64,000 bases of DNA, from positions 5,394,001-5,458,000 of the forward strand of contig CATNEN010000005.1 of NCBI GenBank assembly GCA_950097015.1. Direction: 5' to 3'. The position numbers were made by a program, and so were the translations under genes. Positions 24,368 through 34,504 of this stretch are shown here, one piece after another. This DNA comes from Macrostomum hystrix. Its lineage: Eukaryota; Animalia; Platyhelminthes. The stretch's first letter is position 1. Each line of letters opens with the position of its first letter. The notes beneath the pieces are model-generated. The model had not been told where the DNA came from. It did no database searches and saw only the letters and a list, made by a program, of their open reading frames with translations.

Positions 24368-27300
24368 TTGTGCACCGGCGCACCTACCATCGTTAAGTGT
24401 TCATGTTAATAGTTTGGTCGTTACTGCTTTAGTAGATACTGGTTGTTCGCGGTCCATCGTTTCTTCACGAGTTACTGGAGTTAAAAAACGTCCCGTTCAC
24501 GAGAGGGTCACGATGATGAATGGTGACTCAGCAGAATGTGAATGGGAGGCTGACGTTGCTTTGTCTGTTCGAGGCCACCAATTACCAGTGCTGCGATGTA
24601 TCGTTATGGACATCCTTCCTGGGTTCGATTTGCTGCTTGGGATGGATGCTATCAGCCGATTGGGCGGTGTCTCTGTGAAGCGAGATTGCCGCAGTGTCCG
24701 CTTCGGTATTGAAGAGCAGTCATTAGCGCTGGAGACTGCTGCGGTAGCCAAGGCTTTCACAAAACCAAAGGCGGAGTCACCTGTGAGCTGTCCGGCAGGA
24801 GAGGTCGAGTCACCTGTGAGCTGTCCGGCAGGAGAGGTCGAGTCACCTGTGAGCTGTCCGGCAGGAGAGGTCGAGTCACCTGTGAGCTGTCCGGCAGGAG
24901 AGGTCGAGTCACCTGTGAGCTGTCCGTCAGGAGAGGTCGAGTCACCTGTGAGCTGTCCGACAGGAGAGGTCGAGTCACCTGTGAGCTGTCAGGCAGGAGA
25001 GGTCGAGTCACCTGTGAGCTGTCCGGCAGGAGAGGTCGAGTCACCTGTGAGCTGTCCGGCAAGAGGAGCGAGGCTTGCGAAAAATACTTTAACCGAGGCG
25101 TGCCTGGTGCTTGAGGAAAAAGACTTCTCTGCTAAGTTTATCGATGGAGAGTGGACAGTGGCATGGAAGTGGCTGGATGAGGCCCCACTACTGTCAAATA
25201 CGATAGCTCAATACCGAGTCCCACCAGAGGCGGTAGGCGAGTATGAGTCAGAGATAAAAGACTGGATTCAGCGAGGTTGGCTGCTACCGTTCGAAGGTGA
25301 CAGTGACGGCGTCATCCCTCTGATGGCAGTGGTGCAGACCAACAAAGCAAAGGTGCGGCCTGTACTCGACTATCGCGAGTTGAACCAGTACGTGTCAAGC
25401 CACACCGCCGAAAGCGTCGTGTGCGGCGCCAAGCTCCGGGCCTGGCGGCGGCTCGGTGAGAATGCGAGTATCATCGACCTGCGGAAGGCCTACCTACAAC
25501 TGCGATTGGACCCCAGTCTCTGGCGCTACCAAGTAGTGAGGTTCAAAGGCCGCCGTTACTGTCTCACCCGGTTAGGATTCGGACTCAACGTGGCGCCAAA
25601 AATTATGACGGCGGTTGTGAACAAAGTCCTGTCGATGGAAGACGACGTGCGTGAGGCCACGGACTTTTACATTGACGACATTATTGTGAACAATAGCAAG
25701 ATTCCGAATGAACGCGTAACTGGGTTGCTTGCCCGGTTCGGGCTAGAAGCCAAGCCTCCTGAGAGCCTCATTGGGGGCCGCGTGCTCGGCCTCCGCGTCT
25801 ACCGTCGAGAGGATGGGGTCATTTGCTGGAAACGAGACAATGTCCTCTCTCAGTTGAAAGGTCCAGCAACACGACGGCAACTATTCTCCTGGTGCGGCCA
25901 GCTAGTAGGCCATTTCCCCGTCGCCGCATGGCTGCGTGTCGCATGCAGCTACTTGAAGCGGGTCACCAGCACAATCGCGTGGGACGCTATCGTCAGCGAG
26001 TCTGCCATGCGGATCGCCCAAGAAATCAGCGAAATGGTCCAGGAACGAGATCCTGTCGCTGGGGTGTGGACCGTTGACGAGACTTCGCGCTGTCGCGTCT
26101 GGTGCGACGCCAGCAGCATCGCCATTGGAGCCGTCATCGAAATTGGTGGCGTAATCGTGGAGGACGCCTCGTGGTTGCGAAAACAAGACGACGCTGCGCA
26201 CATCAATCTTGCCGAACTTGAGGCGGTCCTCAAGGGTATCAACCTTGCCCTCGCTTGGGGTACGAGGAAAGTTGAAGTGTTGACTGATTCTGCAACCGTG
26301 CACGGCTGGCTCCAGTCTTTGATTGTCGGCGATAAGCCCGTGCGAGTCAAAGGTCTCGGTGAAGCTCTGGTTCGGAAACGGCTATCATTAATCCGAGACA
26401 CGGCGTCGGAGTGCGAGCTCGAGCTACTGACATCGCTGGGGCCATCTTCAGCAAACAAGGCAGACGCACTGACGCGAGTACCGCAACAGTGGCTGCGCCA
26501 GCGGCCCTTCTGTGCAGTGGCGCTGCGCCCCGTTGACATGGATCTCCGTGCGTGCCACGAGAAGCACCACTTCGGGGTGGACAGGACGCTCTACCTGGCC
26601 AAATTGTGCTTCCCTGAACGTGAGGTACTGCGTGAAGAGGTTGAGCGCATCGTTGCAAACTGCATCCGATGCAAGTCCGTAGACCCTGCGCCGATGGTTT
26701 GGGACCATGGCAGACTCGAGGTGGATGCAAACTGGTGGCGCTTGGCCTGCGACGTGACCCACTTTAAGGACGACCGCTATCTGTCCATTGTTGACTGCGG
26801 GCCGAGCAGATTCTCGCTGTGGCGAAAACTCACCGACGAGCGGACAGCGTCAATTACCGGGATACTCGTGCAGGTGTTCCGAGAGCGGGGCCCTCCCTGG
26901 CAGCTGCTTCTCGACAATTCACCGACCTTCCGCTCCGCTGAGGTCCGTGCGTTTTGTGAGGCTTGGGGAGTGCAGCTCCTCTTCCGTTGCGCTCACCGGC
27001 CGTCAGGCAACGGAATAGTCGAGCGCAATCATCGGACGATTAAGCGGATGGCAGCCAGAACCGGAAAGGACGTACTGGAAATGGTGTTCTGGTACAACAT
27101 GGCTCCAAAGGATGGCACTCGCAAGGACAGCGTGCCCAGCAGAATGGTCAGCACCTATGACTGGAAGCCGCCAACTGTGTCTCTCCCTGAGGCCTTGGAG
27201 ACCTTGGAGGCAAACCCACGCCCCACGCCCACCCTGCCAGTGGGAACAGAAGTGTTTGTTAAACCGCCGGCCGTCAGATGCACCGACGAGTGGCCTAGGG

Positions 27301-27488
27301 GACGCGTGACGGGCCAGGGACAAGGGTCTACGGTGGAGGTCGATGGCCTTCCCCGTCACGTAGCTGACGTCCGCCCGGCACCAGACACGCAACCGCAGCC
27401 TCCTGGGGTGGAGCGAGCTGTCGAGCGGGATGCCGAACCACGACGGTCTAATAGGGTGAAGTCGGCGCCGGTCCGTTACGAACCTTGA
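24328..27488 (+). CDS. pol: Retrotransposon Pol (protease, RT, RNase H, integrase), intact
   Basis: PR LVDTGCS; RT IDLRKAYLQL, FGLNVAP, YIDD; RNase H WCDAS, NLAELEA, LTDS, ADALTR; integrase HHCC plus D (ACDV), D (LDNS), E (VERNHR). No stop codons. Confidence 0.95.
24774..25061 (+). repeat. In-frame 33-bp minisatellite in pol (ESPVSCPAGEV, about 8.7 copies)
   Basis: GAGTCACCTGTGAGCTGTCCGGCAGGAGAGGTC tandem units between the protease and RT domains. Confidence 0.95.
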
Positions 27489-27517
27489 TCTCTTGTGATC
27501 CGGAGATCAGGGGGTGA

Positions 27518-27704
27518 TGTGTTGTACTTTTATATGTGTTGTACTTTCATTATATAGAAACTAGTATTTGACCGTTGCAGCTAAATATCCCATAGACAAT
27601 TCGTTCTACCTGTTTGTTTGCGAGGACCGCGTTAAGAGTGTTTGCGGCTCTAGCTTTCGTGCTAACCCCGGGCTTTGCTATCTACACAAATTCATTAGAC
27701 CACA
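27518..27704 (+). repeat. 3' LTR (187 bp)
   Basis: Identical to the 5' LTR and followed by TSD CTGTG. Confidence 0.95.
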
Positions 27705-27780
27705 CTGTGGCTTTCCTAATTCCATAAATGATTAATTATAATAATATTTCAAGGAGGGCTGCGGGCAATGGCACAGATAC

Positions 27781-27977
27781 CATACTCAGGAAGTGTCCAT
27801 CTGCCCTGACTGTCTCATCGACAGGCAGTGTACACTCTCACTGTGCCTTTGAGGTGGCCCTCAAGGGCGTTAATTGGACGACAAGCCCCCAAATGAATGT
27901 GGCCTTGTTGCGGAATCGAGTTCAGGGACCTTAGTGCCAGAGGTAAAACACGTTAACCGCGCTCAACCACTAACCCC
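27781..27977 (-). mobile_element. tRNA-derived SINE copy
   Basis: Head GGGGGTTAGTGGTTGAGCGCGGTTAACG...GAACTCGATTCCGCAACAAGGCC; shared body GTACACTCTCACTGTGCCTT...CCTCAAGGGCGTAA. Confidence 0.7.
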
Positions 27978-28053
27978 CTTTTCTTAATCGTTAGGGTTAG
28001 ATGTCCACAAGCTAGATACAGCCCGCTTCTACATCCGCCCGTCAAGAACTCTA

Positions 28054-28160
28054 CCGTGTCTAAACCACTGATATCAGACAGTCGCATCTCTCCCGTGTCT
28101 AAACCACTGATATCAGACAGTCGCATCTCTCCCATGTCTAAACCACTGATATCAGACAGT
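28054..28160. repeat. 39-bp tandem repeat, about 2.7 copies
   Basis: CCGTGTCTAAACCACTGATATCAGACAGTCGCATCTCTC repeated. Confidence 0.85.
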
Positions 28161-28770
28161 AGTCGAAATGGATGCACATATTTTATGCATATAAACTTTT
28201 ATGTACATCCAACAGTACAAGACCTCACGATTCCTTTACTGTTAAAGAAGATTAGCTGTCTTTATATGCTTTCTATTGAGCCGTCGCTTTCAAATCCTTC
28301 TATCATTTTTAATTAAAAAGCCCAAAACCTACTCTTCTGTTGTTTCCTGGATTTGTAGGATTTAATTCAAAGTACAGCTTTCAATTATCTTCAGAAATAA
28401 TATTAGTTGCATCGATCGTTTGTCATTAGATTCAGAACCAATAATTAAAGCGAACAGACCTCGTAGACACGATTGCGTTCTTCCAAAGAGAATTAATTCG
28501 GCAAATAAGACATACATTTATTATATTTCATATAAAAGAAACTTTGAGTTCGCTCATAAATAGAGTTTTGAGAAAAAAGTTATTTTAAAGACGATTTTAT
28601 TTTATTTTAGCTAACACGATAACTTTTTAATTTCGATTTCTTATTTGTTTCTCCGAAAGCTAGCTCAGAGCATGCGTACATTTAGTCCAGTACATGTAGT
28701 TATTATTATTATATTTTTCGTATTTTTATTAAATCTCACAAATTCCATATAAATCTAATTTATAAGTCTA

Positions 28771-30606
28771 ATGGAATCTGACGAGTTTAACCTTCTACCC
28801 CTAAGTGATTCCGAGAAAGGTACGTTTTATTGTTTTATACTTAAAGAAAACTTATATTTCTAACGTTTGTTTACTTTTTTAGTTTTACTAATTTTATCTA
28901 CTTTTCTTTATATATATATTCAAGCATCACGATGAAGTTATATATTTATTTAGGTAAAACTGTTTATAAAAATGTTGTATTTAGTGGAGCATATCTAAAA
29001 ATCAATTGTTTAAACTATTAACTAAATAAAACTGCAAGAGATAAAATTTGAGTTATATTGCAAATTTAGTTTTCCTTACTTCTGACTGATAATTAGGTTT
29101 ATTATTTCGTAGCAAAAAGTATACCTAATGTTAGCCAGAAATAGGAAACCATTGATGTTGAAAATGAACTTATGTTTTGGAGACCTTGCAAAAGCAAACA
29201 TCTTTTTCAAATGGCTCAAAGTGAAAAGTGTAATATTATCAATATTTTCATAAACAGATCCTTTAAAACATTTTTTGTAATTTATGGCAATTACAACAAC
29301 TAATATCAAATATTGTGTAGTTAATTATCTGGCTAACAAGTAATTGCCTTATAAAGGTAGTGTAAGAAGTAGGGTAGCTATTATTGATAAGTATATGGAT
29401 ATTACTTATTATGCAGGACTAATGTAATTTTGTAATAGCCAAAAATAGATAAGTAACACATCAAAACATCAAATACCTATTAGCCTTACTTTTGCTTTAC
29501 AAGTCGATTTTTTGTTTTATTTTTTACATTTTATATATCTTTACACCTTAAATATTTTCTTTATGTTGGCCTATGTGTAGCTACTTGTATATTTCAGTGT
29601 CTTGCTCAAATAATATTCATTGTGTTACATTCAAATGTGGGATTTCTTGATTTGTAGCTTAAATTTCCAACCCCATGGATTTAGCTAGGCTAAAATCACA
29701 CATTTGATTCCTTAAAATTACACATTTGTTATTCTGTTCTATAAAGTAACAAATTTTTGGTTTATTCTTACTGTACTTTTTGGCTGAAGCAATTTTCCTT
29801 CTGGTTATTTTTTCTATGACAGCTCTACTAGCCGAAGTTAAGGAAGCTGTTCTTACAGCGGAAAATAGTGGAGCATTCGACGATTGCACGCCCATCCCAG
29901 CTGCTCCCGCCGCTGCTGCCACTTCAACTGGCACCGCCGCCGCCATTGGCTGGGAGCACCCGGCTGTGCGCTTTTTGGCTTCAACTTTTGTTAGAAAATG
30001 TTTGACTCAATTGGAGGTGCTGAGAGCTCATGGTGTGGCCTACTCACTCAAGGAGCTGGTCTGGTTTGTACTGAATCTAGAACGCGATCCAAGCTACATG
30101 CTGGGTCTGACGGGATCCGATTGCAGTGAGGAACAGGTGGGTGAAACTATTTTGGGAGAAACAAAAAATTAATATGTGAATGTGAATGTGGAGCAAGTTT
30201 AGCAAATTTAGATTGAAAAAAAATTGCACTCGAACAGGTTCGCTCTCTGGCTGACCGCTTGCCACTTTCGCCAGCCATCTCCGTGCCGCCAGAGCCTTTG
30301 CTTCTCCTGCCCGTCGGTGCAGCCTGCGGCGTTGCCGGATCTCTCGACGACGAAGTCTCCTTGCAGTCGTCGACAATGGACGCATCTACTGGAACTATTG
30401 GAGCCGCTGATTGGCCAACAGTTCGCGAGGCACTCGATCGACTGCGCGAACTAGTCGACGCTGCAGCCGATGATGACAGACGTCGGCCAAGGCGCCGCGG
30501 CTTGCCAGCGGAGCGTCCGGTGCTGACTGTCACTCTGCCGGACCTGCCGGAGTTGCCACCGTGTCCTATGGATCCCGTGGGATCCGGGGATCAGGGCGAG
30601 GAATAG
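28771..30606 (+). CDS. Hypothetical protein, ~243 aa. Exons 28771-28819, 29823-30136, 30238-30606
   Basis: Phase-consistent GT-AG model (phase 1, then phase 0) giving MESDEFNLLPLSDSEK|ALLAEVKEAV...WEHPAVRFLASTFVRKCLTQLEVLR...SEEQ|VRSLADRLP...; the exons are GC-rich against AT-rich introns. Exon 1 is tentative. Confidence 0.6.
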
Positions 30607-30610
30607 GGGA

Positions 30611-33600
30611 AGAGTGACATCCGGGTGGTGTGACATTGGAGTGATATGGAGTGACATTCATATTCATATTCATATGGAGTGACATTCAAATGGAGTGACA
30701 TTCAAATGGTGTGACATTCAAATTAGAGTGACATTCAAACGGAGTGACATTCAAATTAGAGTGACATTCAAATGGAGTGACATTCAAATCGAGTGACATT
30801 AAAATTAGATTGAAATTCAAATGGAGTGACATTCAAATTAGAGTGACATTCAAATGGAGTGACATTAAAATTAGATTGAAATTCAAATGGAGTGACATTA
30901 AAATTAGAGTGACATTCAAATGGAGTGACATTCAAACGGAGTGACATTCAAATTAGAGTGAAATTCCAATGGAGTGACATTCAAATTAGAGTGAAATTCA
31001 AATGGAGTGACATTCAATTAGAGTGAAATTAAAATTAGATTGAAATTCAAATGGAGTGACATAAAATTAGAGTGACATTCAAATGGAGTGACATTCAAAT
31101 TAGAGTGAAATTCAAATAGAGTGAAATTCAAATGGAGTGAAATTCAAATTAGAGTGACATTCAAATTAGAGTGACATTCAAATGGAGTGACATTCAAATG
31201 GAGTGACATTCAAATGGAGTGACAATCAAACGGAGTGACATTCAAATTAGAGTGACATTCAAATTAGAGTGACATTCAAATGGAGTGACATTCAAATGGA
31301 GTGACATTCAAATCGAGTGACATTAAAATTAGATTGAAATTATAATGGAGTGACATTCAAATTAGAGTGAATTCAAATGGAGTGACATAAAAATTAGAGT
31401 GACATTCAAACGGAGTGAGATTCAAATTAGAGTGACATTCAAATGGAGTGACATTCAAATGGAGTGAAATTCAAATTAGAGTGAAATTCAAACGGAGTGA
31501 GATTCAAATTAGAGTGACATTCAAATTAGAGTGACATTCAAATTAGAGTGACATTCAAATTAGAGTGACATTCAAATTAGAGTGACATTAAAATTAGATT
31601 GAAATTCAAATGGAGTGACATTCAAATTAGAGTGACATTCAAATTAGAGTGACGTTCAAATGGAGTGACATTCAAATGGAGTGACATTCAAATGGAGTGA
31701 CATTAAAATTAGATTGACGTTCAAACGGAGTGACATTCAAATTAGAGTGACATTCAAATGGAGTGACATTCAAATTAGAGTGACATTCAAATTAGAGTGA
31801 CATTCAAATGGAGTGACATTCAAATTAGAGTGACATTCAAATTAGAGTGACATTCAAATTAGAGTGACATTCAAATTAGAGTGACGTTCAAATGGAGTGA
31901 CATTCAAATGGAGTGACATTCAAATGGAGTGACATTCAAATGGAGTGACATTCAATTGGAGTGAAATTCAAATTAGATTGAAATTCAAATGGAGTGACAT
32001 AAAATTAGAGTGACATTCAAATGGAGTGACATTCAAATTAGAGTGAAATTCAAATGGAGTGAAATTCAAATGGAGTGAAATTCAAATTAGAGTGACATTA
32101 AAATTAGAGTGACATTCAAATGGAGTGACATTCAAATGGAGTGACATTCAAATGGAGTGACAATCAAACGGAGTGACATTCAAATTAGAGTGACATTCAA
32201 ATTAGAGTGACATTCAAATGGAGTGACATTCAAATGGAGTGACATTCAAATCGAGTGACATTAAAATTAGATTGAAATTATAATGGAGTGACATTCAAAT
32301 TAGAGTGAATTCAAATGGAGTGACATAAAAATTAGAGTGACATTCAAACGGAGTGAGATTCAAATTAGAGTGACATTCAAATGGAGTGACATTCAAATGG
32401 AGTGAAATTCAAATTAGAGTGAAATTCAAACGGAGTGAGATTCAAATTAGAGTGACATTCAAATTAGAGTGACATTCAAATTAGAGTGACATTCAAATTA
32501 GAGTGACATTAAAATTAGATTGAAATTCAAATGGAGTGACATTCAAATTAGAGTGACATTCAAATTAGAGTGACGTTCAAATGGAGTGACATTCAAATGG
32601 AGTGACATTCAAATGGAGTGACATTAAAATTAGATTGACGTTCAAACGGAGTGACATTCAAATTAGAGTGACATTCAAATGGAGTGACATTCAAATTAGA
32701 GTGACATTCAAATTAGAGTGACATTCAAATGGAGTGACATTCAAATTAGAGTGACATTCAAATTAGAGTGACATTCAAATTAGAGTGACATTCAAATTAG
32801 AGTGACGTTCAAATGGAGTGACATTCAAATGGAGTGACATTCAAATGGAGTGACATTCAAATGGAGTGACATTCAATTGGAGTGAAATTAAAATTAGATT
32901 GAAATTCAAATGGAGTGACATAAAATTAGAGTGACATTCAAATGGAGTGACATTCAAATTAGAGTGAAATTCAAATGGAGTGAAATTCAAATGGAGTGAA
33001 ATTCAAATTAGAGTGACATTCAAATTAGAGTGACATTCAAATGGAGTGACATTCAAATGGAGTGACATTAAAATGGAGTGACAATCAAACGGAGTGACAT
33101 TCAAATTAGAGTGACATTCAAATTAGAGTGACATTCAAATGGAGTGACATTCAAATGGAGTGACATTCAAATCGAGTGACATTAAAATTAGATTGAAATT
33201 ATAATGGAGTGACATTCAAATTAGAGTGAATTCAAATGGAGTGACATAAAAATTAGAGTGACATTCAAACGGAGTGAGATTCAAATTAGAGTGACATTCA
33301 AATGGAGTGACATTCAAATGGAGTGAAATTCAAATTAGAGTGAAATTCAAACGGAGTGAGATTCAAATTAGAGTGACATTCAAATTAGAGTGACATTCAA
33401 ATTAGAGTGACATTCAAATTAGAGTGACATTCAAATTAGAGTGACATTAAAATTAGATTGAAATTCAAATGGAGTGACATTCAAGTTAGAGTGACATTCA
33501 AATTAGAGTGACGTTCAAATGGAGTGACATTCAAATGGAGTGACATTCAAATGGAGTGACATTAAAATTAGATTGACGTTCAAACGGAGTGACATTCAAA

Positions 33601-34101
33601 TTAGAGTGACATTCAAATGGAGTGACATTCAAATTAGAGTGACATTCAAATTAGAGTGACATTCAAATGGAGTGACATTCAAATTAGAGTGACATTCAAA
33701 TTAGAGTGACATTCAAATTAGAGTGACATTCAAATTAGAGTGACGTTCAAATGGAGTGACATTCAAATGGAGTGACATTCAAATGGAGTGACATTCAAAT
33801 GGAGTGACATTCAAATGGAGTGACATTCAAATCGAGTGACATTCAAATGGAGTGACATTAAAATGGAGTGACATTCAAATTAGATTGACGTTCAAACGGA
33901 GTGACATTCAAATTAGAGTGACATTCAAATGGAGTGACATTCAAATTAGAGTGACATTCAAATTAGAGTGACATTCAAATTAGAGTGACATTCAAATTAG
34001 AGTGACATTCAAATTAGAGTGACATTCAAATTAGAGTGACATTCAAATTAGAGTGACATTCAAATTAGAGTGACATTCAAATTAGAGTGACATTCGGGTG
34101 G
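30611..34101. repeat. Satellite array of 16/17-bp units GAGTGACATTCAAATG / GAGTGACATTCAAATTA (~3.5 kb) with ~930-bp higher-order structure
   Basis: Continuous tandem array; rare variants recur at intervals of 938 and 921 bp. Confidence 0.97.
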
Positions 34102-34504
34102 ATTGAGCCCAAAGTCGTGCTCGTCAGTTTTAAAATTAAGCCTAGTATACTACTTATTAGCTGTACAGTGACGTTCAGAAAAAATTGTGGTGCAAAACTG
34201 AATTAACAGGTAAGCTTACATGCGCGCGTTTTTAGTTGCAGTATAAGTTTCGTATCTATGTGCAATCAGCTTATATCTACAGTACTAGCTCATTTGTTAA
34301 TTTACTCTTAATCCATGACTTATATTATTGCTTTTGCATGTTTTTTGCGTTAGAATTCGAGTTTTTATGTAACGTTTGCGGTTTGAAATATACTGGTCTA
34401 GAGATAATTATGCAGACATTTTTCCTCCACAGTTTTCGACGTTTAGATTTTATTCTAAATAATATCGAATATATTTTTACCCATTTTTTAATCTAAAATA
34501 TAAA

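Larger units (their letters stand above)
23413..27704 (+). mobile_element. Full-length Ty3/Gypsy LTR retrotransposon (4292 bp)
   Basis: Two identical 187-bp LTRs (TG...CA) at 23413-23599 and 27518-27704; 5-bp TSD CTGTG (23408-23412 and 27705-27709); purine-rich GGAGATCAGGGGGTGA before the 3' LTR; gag followed by PR-RT-RH-IN. Confidence 0.97.
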
